Assembly: GCA_038326365.1 (NCBI GenBank)
Contig: JBBQJY010000001.1
Coordinates: 12,128 to 76,127, forward strand
From: Candidatus Curtissbacteria bacterium
GTDB lineage: Bacteria > Patescibacteriota > Microgenomatia > Curtissbacterales > GWA2-41-24
Direction: 5' to 3'
DNA: 64,000 nucleotides
Below are positions 55,822-64,000 of this stretch, in pieces (the stretch's first letter is position 1; every line of letters starts with the position of its first letter). Below the pieces are notes generated by a model that worked only from the letters and a program-made list of their open reading frames with translations, had not been told where the DNA came from and ran no database searches. The translations under genes and the position numbers were made by a program.

Positions 55822-56579
55822 TTTTTTTGAGGCAAGATTGAACCTGGACTTATTGTTGCCCCATGATTCCAAACTTCCAAATGTACATGAGGTCCTGTAG
55901 TGCGACCGGTCAAACCAATAGTTCCTATGGTCGATGTTGGACCCACCATATTGCCAACACGAACATTTATTTTATTCATATGAGCGTATACCGTCTTTAA
56001 ACCATCGCCATGGTCTACTCTCACCTCATTACCGTGTCCATCCCCCACAAAGCCCGCAAATTCAACGATACCAGAACCAATCGGGTGAATTGATGTGTTC
56101 AACGGTGCCGCAATATCAAATCCATTGTGATAAGCACTATAACCTTGAGAAATTTGTCCGTTGTCAACAGGATAACTGTAGGCATAAGGTTCAGCTTTTG
56201 CAACCACATTGCCTGATATTTCAACCTCGGTATTTGGTTTCTTGGCAGTGGTGGCAGCTACCAGAATAGGCTGACCATTTACTTTGATTTCTTGCGTTTT
56301 AGTTTTAAAATATGCGGATACTTCAGCTGTGGATACACATGTCAAAGCCAGTATTAAGACAACGGCAACAACTAACTTGATTCTAGGTCTAATGGAAATT
56401 TGATGTTTAAGTAGCCGTGCAGAAGTCAAAAAGGCCAGATGAGCCTCCATCGACAAGTATTTTCTTACTTGTTTTGAAATAGGGGTCTTAAAAATTAAGT
56501 GAACAAGCGACCGTCCCCTCGCCTTTTTTGTGCGTATTGAGTAAATGAGCAATCGTTTTATGTATTTAGTTATTTCCAT
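55818..56579 (-). CDS. M23/LytM-family peptidoglycan endopeptidase (membrane-anchored)
   Basis: GNEVRVDHGDGLKTVYAHMNKINVRVGNMVGPTSTIGTIGLTGRTTGPHVHLEV. Confidence 0.75.
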   Translation of the reverse strand: MEITKYIKRLLIYSIRTKKARGRSLVHLIFKTPISKQVRKYLSMEAHLAFLTSARLLKHQISIRPRIKLVVAVVLILALTCVSTAEVSAYFKTKTQEIKVNGQPILVAATTAKKPNTEVEISGNVVAKAEPYAYSYPVDNGQISQGYSAYHNGFDIAAPLNTSIHPIGSGIVEFAGFVGDGHGNEVRVDHGDGLKTVYAHMNKINVRVGNMVGPTSTIGTIGLTGRTTGPHVHLEVWNHGATISPGSILPQKN

Positions 56580-56592
56580 TTATCTTTCCATC

Positions 56593-56651
56593 ACAAGAAT
56601 ATTCTTGTATGCCTGGTAAAATCATGTAAGGAATTCTAGGGTATTACCCTA
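56593..56651. promoter_or_regulatory. Two perfect palindromes in a divergent intergenic region: ACAAGAATATTCTTGT (56593-56608) and TAGGGTATTACCCTA (56637-56651)
   Basis: Read directly from the sequence. They sit between the divergent M23 peptidase gene and the PEGA/SH3b lipoprotein gene. Confidence 0.3.
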
Positions 56652-56748
56652 TAGTCTTGAAATACAAGGCTGAAGTATAACAAATATAGGCCTTTTTGTC
56701 AAACTGGCGCGGTTGCATAGCTAGCCCCCAGATGCTAACTTAAACCCA

Positions 56749-57555
56749 ATGCCTTTTAACACAAACGGAATCTTTGCAAGTGCACAAAAGTCTTTTTTAA
56801 AAATAATAATTTTGTACACATCGGCCATATTTCTATCCGCTTGCAGCCTGACAGGCACGAAGCCGGCCGCTCTTCAAGTCACATCGACTCCAGAAGCTGC
56901 AATTTTTATTGACGGAAAACATTTGGGTAAAACGCCATTTTTTTCGGACCAGCTCAAGGAAGGTACTTACGAGATTAAGATTGTAGCCGGCAGCGCAAAT
57001 TTTCTCACCAAGGTAGATCTTTCTCCCAATACGTTAACTGTTGTTAACCGTCTGCTCAACGACAATCAACTCGGCCAAAGCGGGGAAGTTTTGTGGTTGC
57101 AAGCCGGCTCGCGGGACCTATTTTTAGCTTCGACTCCTACGGAGGCTAATATAACGATAGACGGCCAACACAAAGGGAAAACACCAATCTTAATAAGAGA
57201 TCTCGAGCCTGGGGATCATAAAGTTCTGTCAACTAAGGCCGGATACATTGATCACGAGTTTGCAATTAAAACATCAACAAAATATAAGTTAATGTCTAAT
57301 TTAACACTTGCAGCACAAATTGCTAAATCACCTGCAGCAAGCCAAGAAGAACCAACAGTTGCCAAGGTGGAAGTTCTTAAGACTCCACAGGGATATCTAA
57401 GAGTGAGAAAAGAGGCAGACCTAAACTCAGCAGAAATTGGCAGGGTCAATACAGGCGATCAATTAGAAATAATTCAAGAAACAGACGAATGGATAAAAAT
57501 TTCAATAAGTAACAAGTTTGGCTGGATCTCAAAGCAATACACGAAAAAGGTATAG
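56749..57555 (+). CDS. Lipoprotein with two PEGA domains and a C-terminal SH3b domain
   Basis: Lipobox LSAC. PEGA-like TPEAAIFIDGKHLGKTPF and TPTEANITIDGQHKGKTPI. SH3b-like GYLRVRKEADLNSAEIGRVNTGDQLEI. Confidence 0.55.
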   Translation: MPFNTNGIFASAQKSFLKIIILYTSAIFLSACSLTGTKPAALQVTSTPEAAIFIDGKHLGKTPFFSDQLKEGTYEIKIVAGSANFLTKVDLSPNTLTVVNRLLNDNQLGQSGEVLWLQAGSRDLFLASTPTEANITIDGQHKGKTPILIRDLEPGDHKVLSTKAGYIDHEFAIKTSTKYKLMSNLTLAAQIAKSPAASQEEPTVAKVEVLKTPQGYLRVRKEADLNSAEIGRVNTGDQLEIIQETDEWIKISISNKFGWISKQYTKKV

Positions 57556-57609
57556 ACTACATTCAAAAATGTACTTGATACTTAATACCTAATACTTGAT
57601 ACTAAAAAC

Positions 57610-58128
57610 ATGGTTGCAAAATCGTTGATAAAATTAGTAGATGAAGCAGTTTTACCCGCTCTTCTTTTAATTATAGCCAAAGTCCTTGGTTTACTTCTGG
57701 CAACATATTTTTTTCGCCTGCATTTTAATATCAGTCTGTCTGTCTTGCCCCACGCGTCCTTTACCAATTTGGAGGACTATATTCTAGCTGAAAACTATTC
57801 GAACTTAACCATGTTCACAGCAGCTGCAGTTGGCATGCTAACAGTCTTGCTCCGAGCACACCTTCTGCACGCCTCGCACATCAAGCCCAATATCGCTCAA
57901 AAGTTGACAAAAATTAATCTTGATGAGCTCATTCTTTCTAGCTATCATCTATACCATAAAGCTTCCGTATGGCTTACTCTTCTCTGGTTAACTACAGCGT
58001 TTTTAGCTATGTCGACTCTCGCGAAAGTTACATACGCTCCAATTACAGCCATTGCCATTATTGTATCTCTTAATTTCTCGTGGATACTTGCTCGTGACAT
58101 TCAAAGAGAAATGGAAATTGCCAAATGA
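57610..58128 (+). CDS. Hypothetical polytopic membrane protein
   Basis: Four predicted TM helices. Confidence 0.45.
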   Translation: MVAKSLIKLVDEAVLPALLLIIAKVLGLLLATYFFRLHFNISLSVLPHASFTNLEDYILAENYSNLTMFTAAAVGMLTVLLRAHLLHASHIKPNIAQKLTKINLDELILSSYHLYHKASVWLTLLWLTTAFLAMSTLAKVTYAPITAIAIIVSLNFSWILARDIQREMEIAK

Positions 58129-58571
58129 AAAGCCTACTGAATCCTTTCTTGAACTCTCTTGCGGTCTTGATGCTCGTGGGCTTAATCGCGGCCCCCATTT
58201 ACTTTGCTCAAAACTTCGCTCAAGTCGCTGGCGTCAAAACTCAAGAGTCTTACTTATTAGTTTCTCAGATTGCGAAATTTCCTGGCATGACTCTTACTCA
58301 ATCGGCACAAAATTACTCGATTACATTTACCAAATTTGCTACCAAGCAGGCATACTTGGCAACCCTCATTTTGAACAACCCGACAAATATGGCGCAATCT
58401 TACGAGATAGTTAATAAGTCCGAAGGAATCACAGTTTTTTTCGGCGAGGATCTGAAAAACTTAGAGACAAAAATTTCAATACCAAGCCAGGCTTCAGTGC
58501 CGATCAGTGTTTTATCGCAAGATACTAGTTCCTCTTCTCAGAACGCGGCTTTCAACATTAGGGTAAATTGA
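58125..58571 (+). CDS. Hypothetical membrane-anchored protein
   Basis: N-terminal TM. 4-nt overlap with the upstream gene. Confidence 0.45.
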   Translation: MKSLLNPFLNSLAVLMLVGLIAAPIYFAQNFAQVAGVKTQESYLLVSQIAKFPGMTLTQSAQNYSITFTKFATKQAYLATLILNNPTNMAQSYEIVNKSEGITVFFGEDLKNLETKISIPSQASVPISVLSQDTSSSSQNAAFNIRVN

Positions 58572-59582
58572 CTATTGCAAATAACGAAGAACCTGGTGAG
58601 GCAAAATATGACTTCCATAGATCACCAAAAAAACAATTAGGCCCCAAGCAACAACCGCACTAAGTAACGGAGCATCACTAAGTAAAACTCTTTCGGGAGA
58701 TTCGCCTTCGCGTTTTTCATAAATTACGTATAAATATCGCATGACACCATAAATCACAAATGGTACGGAAGCCATCAGCCACTTAGACGCCAAAAATGTT
58801 CTAGGCAAAAAATCACCAAATAAATTTAAAACTTGAGGCCCAGCAGAAGGAGGGGGCTGCAAAAAAGTAAACATGGTGTACGAAAACCAGCAAGCAGTAG
58901 CAAACATAACGGTGAGAGCATCAAGAAGATTTTCTGGGTATTTTGCCAAGATTTCTCTAGTGTTCATACCCTCTTTGCCAGCGCCAATAAGAAGCGTACG
59001 TTCACTTCTTCTTTTACCAATAGCCAAAAAAAGAGCCAAAGAAGCAACGGTGAGCATGAACCAGACTGTAACGTGTGCATCAATTAAAACTGCCCCAGCA
59101 TAAACTCTCAACAAAAAACCAGACGCGATCGCCAAAATATCCAAAAGCATGTACGATCTCAAAAACAACGAATACACAATTTGCAATCCGATATATATAA
59201 CCGCGGCCCACATAAAAAATGGCAAAAGTGAGCTTGCCAAAATCAGTGCCACGCAAAGAATAAAGGTAGCCCAAATAAGAGCGATATAAGGATTAATTCT
59301 GCCTGCCGCGATAGGCCTCTTACTTTTAAATGGATGTGATATGTCGCGTTTTCGGTCAATTACATCATTAATAATGTAAATACCAGAAGTAATAAGACAA
59401 AAGATAAAAAATCCGAGGGTAGTTAAAAAGAACTTCTCGTTATTAAAAAAAGATCCTTCGAAAACAAGCGGACCAAATAAGGCTAGATTCTTAAGCCACT
59501 GCCTTGGCCTAGATGATACAAATATCCAAAAGGGTAGCCAAATTATTTCCGGACCACGTTTTGTAAATTGATATTTAACCAT
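58572..59582 (-). CDS. UbiA-family polyprenyl-phosphate transferase (decaprenyl-phosphate phosphoribosyltransferase-like)
   Basis: N-terminus RPRQWLKNLALFGPLVF. UbiA motif NDVIDRKRD. Eight to nine TM helices. Confidence 0.6.
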   Translation of the reverse strand: MVKYQFTKRGPEIIWLPFWIFVSSRPRQWLKNLALFGPLVFEGSFFNNEKFFLTTLGFFIFCLITSGIYIINDVIDRKRDISHPFKSKRPIAAGRINPYIALIWATFILCVALILASSLLPFFMWAAVIYIGLQIVYSLFLRSYMLLDILAIASGFLLRVYAGAVLIDAHVTVWFMLTVASLALFLAIGKRRSERTLLIGAGKEGMNTREILAKYPENLLDALTVMFATACWFSYTMFTFLQPPPSAGPQVLNLFGDFLPRTFLASKWLMASVPFVIYGVMRYLYVIYEKREGESPERVLLSDAPLLSAVVAWGLIVFLVIYGSHILPHQVLRYLQ

Positions 59583-60625
59583 ACGAGTACACCTAAGACT
59601 ATTATAGCGACAAATAGCGCCGCAAATACTTTACCCTCCGCAGGTAGTGCAAGAGCAATCGCGCCTAAAATAGCACACAAAAGCCAATAAAACAAGGAAA
59701 CCTGGGTTTGGGTGAGACCCATTTCAAGAAGTCTATGGTGAAGATGTTTTTTATCTCCCAAAAAAGGCGATTGGCCCAGAGCGATCCTGCGCAGGACAGT
59801 AAAAACACCATCAACCAAAGGCACTGCCATTACCAAGAGTGCAGTTCCGACTTTTGCTCCCGAAAGTATCGCCAAAACTGCAATTAGATATCCTAAAAAA
59901 TAAGACCCAGAGTCTCCAGGAAAAATTCTAGCCGGATTAACATTATTAATTAAAAAAGCCAGAGTGGCGCCCGCGCCTATAACGGAAAGTTTAGTTACGA
60001 TACTTTGCCCAGGATCTGCGCCAAACCTTAAAGAAGCAGCAAATATTACAAACAAAGTAATTAGTGAAATTCCACCCAATTGTCCGTCGACCCCGGAGGA
60101 AAAATTAACCATGTTGATAACCCAAACTATCCAAAAAATTGCAAAAAGATCTGCCAAAATCAATATGGAATGAGTACCAAAGAATTGAAAAGCTACTCTT
60201 ATAACATCGAGACGAATAATTGGATCAATGCCAGTGCCAAATATTGAAAAGGGATTAGCAATAAACGTAATGCCTATTCCCGAAAGAACTACTAAAACAG
60301 CCGCTACAATTTGTGCTAAAAATTTCTGCCAGGCTCTAAGATCATATTTATCGTCAATCAGACCGACGATTGTGACCACGATCGCTCCTAAGAAAATACC
60401 TAGCAACTTTTTAGAAAACGGAACAAAGGTAAACGAGGCTATTAAAAATGAAAGAAAAATTGCTAGTCCGCCAGCACGAGGAATTATCCTTGTGTGCAAA
60501 ATTGCCGGATGAGTTCTTTTTTTTGGATTATCAACAAAGCCATATTTTTTTGCAAAAAAAATGGTTAATTGAACTAAAACATAGCCCAAGATAAAAGCAA
60601 AAGTAAAAGCGAAAAATGAACTCAT
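59543..60625 (-). CDS. MraY/WecA-family polyprenyl-phosphate N-acetylhexosamine-1-phosphate transferase (GT4)
   Basis: IFPGDSGSYFLGYLIAVL and NFSSGVDGQLGG motifs. I prefer the ATG at 60625 (MSSFFAF...) because the 60667 start would overlap the upstream gene by 46 nt. Confidence 0.65.
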   Translation of the reverse strand: MSSFFAFTFAFILGYVLVQLTIFFAKKYGFVDNPKKRTHPAILHTRIIPRAGGLAIFLSFLIASFTFVPFSKKLLGIFLGAIVVTIVGLIDDKYDLRAWQKFLAQIVAAVLVVLSGIGITFIANPFSIFGTGIDPIIRLDVIRVAFQFFGTHSILILADLFAIFWIVWVINMVNFSSGVDGQLGGISLITLFVIFAASLRFGADPGQSIVTKLSVIGAGATLAFLINNVNPARIFPGDSGSYFLGYLIAVLAILSGAKVGTALLVMAVPLVDGVFTVLRRIALGQSPFLGDKKHLHHRLLEMGLTQTQVSLFYWLLCAILGAIALALPAEGKVFAALFVAIIVLGVLVWLNINLQNVVRK

Positions 60626-61047
60626 GTGAGTAAGGTAATTATTTTGACCACACCGTAAAAAGTGCAAAAACCGACAATTAGGCTTCCGGCTGTCAGAACG
60701 CGGCTCAAAAACTTGTCCTTTTTAAGGCCAATTACAAAAACAGCATTTATTAAAAATGAAACCAATGCAAGCGCAGGAATGAGCAGAATAAAAAATGTTT
60801 TCCCTAAAATGGCTTGGCCCCAAGGTTTGGACCAAAAAATAGGAATGTCGGGAGGTAATTTATGCCAAAATATAGCAATCAGCAAAATCTGTGCCAGTAA
60901 AAAAAGGAAACAGGCAATAAGTACCCAAAAATTAAACTTATCTCGGAAAAAATCATCGCGGACTTCCTCGCTAAAAGCAAACTTACCGGCTACCGTTCCA
61001 AAAGCGTCATTTTTGAGGGGATTAACATCTTTCTTGCCAGCGGTCAT
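60622..61047 (-). CDS. Hypothetical small membrane protein
   Basis: Three TM helices after a roughly 40-aa soluble N-terminus. Confidence 0.4.
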   Translation of the reverse strand: MTAGKKDVNPLKNDAFGTVAGKFAFSEEVRDDFFRDKFNFWVLIACFLFLLAQILLIAIFWHKLPPDIPIFWSKPWGQAILGKTFFILLIPALALVSFLINAVFVIGLKKDKFLSRVLTAGSLIVGFCTFYGVVKIITLLT

Positions 61048-61052
61048 AAGAA

Positions 61053-62549
61053 TTACTTTTCACTTCTCAATGTATAAACTTCGGCAGTATCAACACGAGC
61101 TTGCAAAGTATACTTTAGAGCTAAAAGATTCTCAAGGTCAGCAAAATAACCAGCAGATTTTTGTGGTTTGATGATAAACTTTGGCGAATTATTAAAAAGG
61201 TTAGAACTTACCTCAGTATAGCCGGTCGGGACTTCGCCTACATGAAAAGATGTCACATATCGAGAAGGACTATGCGCGTCGTCGATTGCATAAAGCCAAG
61301 CGTAGTCTCCCCAAATATAAACCGAACTCCCATAGCCACCATTTAGTTTCAATGAATCCGCGAGTCCCATGAGCGTATTCACATCACGATCAAAAAAATT
61401 ATTGTAATCATCGACCGTTTTTTTACCTTGAGCATATTGCAGAAAATTTTGCCACCATTTAACTTGATTTATAGGACCTCCTGAAAGAAAATTGGAGAAC
61501 AAAAAATTCGTCAAAAAGATTATTGGTACAACAAAAACAACAATGAAAATCAATCTTGCTGCACTAAACTTTATGGACCTTAAATCTAATCTCGTGGTTG
61601 CCAAAAGCAATGAAATTGCCGGAGCCGTTTGTATTAGATAATGGCCATAAGTACGTCCGCTAAAGTAACTACCTAAAAAAGAAAACCCTCCCCAGAGCAA
61701 AAACAAGTGAAAGTAATAGACCTCAACACCCCTCAGTTTTTTAAAGAGTCCGTATAAAAAAGCACTTGTTACAGGTAAATATTTTGCAATGTTAATAAGA
61801 AGTGCATATTGTGGACTGTCCCCAAGGTAAATTTTGTAATACAGGTATGCACCAAATATGTATTCACGAACAATCCCTTTTGAAGCAAAGTACAAAATCG
61901 TTACAAGGTAAGGCACCATAAATCCGACAGTTAATACAAAACCTCGCTTTATGAATTCAACAAATTTACCACCATTTAAAAAAAGATAAAGTCCCAAAGC
62001 ACCTGCTTCAAAAGCTCCTACCTGTTTATATAGTGAGGCTATTGCAAACAAAAATCCGGACGCCAGGAGAGCCGAGAACGCAAAGTTCCGCCTTATGGCA
62101 ATATACATAGCAAGAGAAATCGGCAGTATCATATAAATTTCAGTCAAAGCTAAGTTTCCTTCTATCAGCCTCAAAGAAGTAAGAACTCCAAAAATTAAAG
62201 TTGCCAAAATAGCCCGATGACGTCCGAATGTTACTCGCCCAATTTCGTAAATTGTCGCTGCGGTTGCCAAAACAACGACGGCTGTTACCAACCTCAACCA
62301 AAACATGGAAACACCAAAAACAGAGAATATTCCTGCATAGGTCAAATAAATCATCGGGGGTTTGTTATCCCACGTTTGTTGATAAAGAACAGCACCATGG
62401 GTCATAGCTTTGGCGACCGCTGCGAATATTCCTTCATCCCCATACCAAAAAGGTTCGTAAAGCGAAGGAAACCTCAAAATAAAAACTAAAATCAGGACGA
62501 AAAAAAACAGTAAATGATGACGCTCCAGCTGTGCAAATATTCTTTTCAT
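61053..62549 (-). CDS. GT-C-fold glycosyltransferase (GT39/GT83, ArnT/PMT-like)
   Basis: YEPFWYGDEGIFAAVAKAMTHG...WDNKPPMIYL is the hallmark DE-loop plus KPP motif. Confidence 0.6.
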   Translation of the reverse strand: MKRIFAQLERHHLLFFFVLILVFILRFPSLYEPFWYGDEGIFAAVAKAMTHGAVLYQQTWDNKPPMIYLTYAGIFSVFGVSMFWLRLVTAVVVLATAATIYEIGRVTFGRHRAILATLIFGVLTSLRLIEGNLALTEIYMILPISLAMYIAIRRNFAFSALLASGFLFAIASLYKQVGAFEAGALGLYLFLNGGKFVEFIKRGFVLTVGFMVPYLVTILYFASKGIVREYIFGAYLYYKIYLGDSPQYALLINIAKYLPVTSAFLYGLFKKLRGVEVYYFHLFLLWGGFSFLGSYFSGRTYGHYLIQTAPAISLLLATTRLDLRSIKFSAARLIFIVVFVVPIIFLTNFLFSNFLSGGPINQVKWWQNFLQYAQGKKTVDDYNNFFDRDVNTLMGLADSLKLNGGYGSSVYIWGDYAWLYAIDDAHSPSRYVTSFHVGEVPTGYTEVSSNLFNNSPKFIIKPQKSAGYFADLENLLALKYTLQARVDTAEVYTLRSEK

Positions 62550-63874
62550 TATTTTCTGTTAATTTGAATATCGCCTGAGTTACTTCTGACTGCTTCGAAA
62601 TGGTCACCCACAACGTTATTGCTGACGGTAACAACTTTATTCTGAGAATAAGTGTCAAGTAGACTTTTACCCGAAGACTGTACCAGCCCTTCGCTGGAAA
62701 CTATTAGATCATTGGAAATCTTATTTTGATTTCTGTAATAAAGCACTTCGGCAAAAGACGGCAAGTTGGTAACTATTTTATCGCTCGCAGTTATTTTACC
62801 CACAATTTCTTGGCGATAAGCTTCGCGAAAAGAGTAAGGCTCACTTTTAAAAGTCCCAAGATCAATAATTCCCGATAAAGCAATAATTAGAATGATACAT
62901 AAGGCACCCAGCTGTCTCGGCAATTTTTGGGCGCTATAAACCATAACCATTGAAAGTGGTATTGAGGAACCAATCAGGTATCTCCAAAAGAAAATTGGCC
63001 TGAATGGTACTTTAAAAATACCCACCCTAAGTCCTGGCAATGTAGCCAGGATAAATGGCACCACAGCCCACAGCCATATCAAAAGGTATGGTTTTTCAAA
63101 TTTATGACGCATGGCGTGCTGAATGATGCCGACAACTAATAGCACAATTGCCAAACCAAATAATAAATCTCTAGATATACTTTGCTGCTCGCCCCCAAGA
63201 ATTCTCAGTAGCGCTTCGAAATGTGTTCGCCGCCAGTCATTGGGACTTATCCAGTAACTGCCATTTACAGAGGTAAGCTGAGAAACTAGAGCACGTAACC
63301 AGGGTAGGTAAAAAATAGCATCGACAATATAAAGACCCAAAACTCGAATAAAAATACCGCGATCAAATAAAACTATGTATAAAAATTCAGCTGCTAAAAC
63401 AAAAAACATATAGTAATGGGTATAAATTCCCAAAAGTGAAAAAGCCGCAAAAAATACGGCCCTGGGTTTTGTAAATTTTTTGGAAAGCTCAATTAGATAA
63501 AAAATAGATCCGGTTGCAGCGAACGCAAACATCGTGTAATTTCTTGCTTCAAAAGCGTATTTAAAAATAATCGGATTGAGACCAACGACTAGGACTGTGG
63601 CCGTAGCAATCCGATGTCCTAGTACATAGCGAGCAAGCTTATAAATCATTAAAAGTGATAGCAGGTAAAATGCAATCGAAATTAGTCTGGTGTTGACTTC
63701 CGTTGCGGGTAAAAATTTATAGAGCAAGCCAACAATTGTGTAATATCCAGGGGGATGAAAATCCCCAGCTGTTGTTTTGAGCATCTGGAGATAGGGTAAC
63801 TGTGAGATTAGGGAAGTCCAGGCTTCATCGCCCCAAAAGCCTCGTGTCAAGTAGTTATGGGCAAGATAAAACAC
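62549..63874 (-). CDS. GT-C-fold glycosyltransferase (ArnT/PMT-like)
   Basis: RGFWGDEAWTSLIS...GDFHPPGYY. Polytopic. 1-nt overlap with the downstream gene. Confidence 0.55.
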   Translation of the reverse strand: MFYLAHNYLTRGFWGDEAWTSLISQLPYLQMLKTTAGDFHPPGYYTIVGLLYKFLPATEVNTRLISIAFYLLSLLMIYKLARYVLGHRIATATVLVVGLNPIIFKYAFEARNYTMFAFAATGSIFYLIELSKKFTKPRAVFFAAFSLLGIYTHYYMFFVLAAEFLYIVLFDRGIFIRVLGLYIVDAIFYLPWLRALVSQLTSVNGSYWISPNDWRRTHFEALLRILGGEQQSISRDLLFGLAIVLLVVGIIQHAMRHKFEKPYLLIWLWAVVPFILATLPGLRVGIFKVPFRPIFFWRYLIGSSIPLSMVMVYSAQKLPRQLGALCIILIIALSGIIDLGTFKSEPYSFREAYRQEIVGKITASDKIVTNLPSFAEVLYYRNQNKISNDLIVSSEGLVQSSGKSLLDTYSQNKVVTVSNNVVGDHFEAVRSNSGDIQINRK

Positions 63875-63918
63875 TTTAAGCTAAGTATAGTCAAGAAGGT
63901 CGAAGAAGACAATTAGAA

Positions 63919-64000
63919 CTAGTCAAAGTTCCCCATTGTTAATTCGCGACGCCAGTCCTCGTATCTTTGTACTAAATTAATGTCTCCCAAAGCGTATGCG
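63919..64000 (-). CDS. Possible 3' end of a minus-strand CDS that begins beyond the window
   Basis: An open frame of 27 codons, ...AYALGDINLVQRYEDWRRELTMGNFD*, ending at TAG 63919-63921. It is too short to classify. Confidence 0.25.
   Translation of the reverse strand, partial: AYALGDINLVQRYEDWRRELTMGNFD

Noticed and set aside
1-64000. tRNA, rRNA and CRISPR scan by eye
   Set aside because: No intergenic region contains a tRNA T-loop (GTTCRANYC) with a 3' CCA context, no rRNA-like conserved blocks, and no regularly spaced direct repeats. The only repeats are intragenic low-complexity ones.

Overview
This is a 64-kb chromosomal segment that looks like an ultra-small, CPR/Patescibacteria-type bacterium. 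The reasons are very high coding density, tight gene overlaps, few Shine-Dalgarno sites, short YidC/ValS forms, TGA used as a stop codon, and about 42% GC. It contains the replication-origin neighbourhood, with dnaA and dnaN on the minus strand diverging from rpmH-rnpA-yidD-yidC-jag on the plus strand. Housekeeping genes include rplY, valS, tsaD, csrA, pyrG and groES-groEL. There are two cell-envelope glycan clusters. One (32.2-38.6 kb) carries an O-antigen-ligase-like protein, a flippase, a Wzz-like protein and an epimerase-DUF4012 protein. The other (58.5-63.9 kb) carries a UbiA-family prenyl transferase, a WecA/MraY-like transferase and two GT-C glycosyltransferases. A further 5'-complete but window-truncated GT-C-like CDS lies at 1..948 on the minus strand; the ORF track missed it because it has no in-window stop codon. 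The most notable content is a roughly 23-kb type-IV-secretion-like/pilus locus (about 2.7-25.9 kb) placed next to the origin. It has six tandem VirB2/TrbC-like pilin paralogs, the first two carrying N-terminal extracellular domains. It also has a 1206-aa VirB1-like lytic transglycosylase with a proline-rich tandem repeat, a VirB6-like polytopic membrane protein with a polyglycine linker, and a translationally coupled operon encoding a VirB3-like fusion protein, a 365-aa protein and a VirB4 ATPase. A divergently encoded membrane-anchored M23 peptidase, a 1072-aa cytoplasmic protein of unknown function and an unusual P-loop NTPase-OmpR winged-helix fusion regulator complete the locus. No VirD4, relaxase or integrase is present. 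Non-coding observations are a pyrG leader with a terminator that sequesters the ribosome-binding site, a degenerate CIRCE-like operator in front of groES, and several perfect palindromes in divergent intergenic regions. I found no tRNA, rRNA or CRISPR array.
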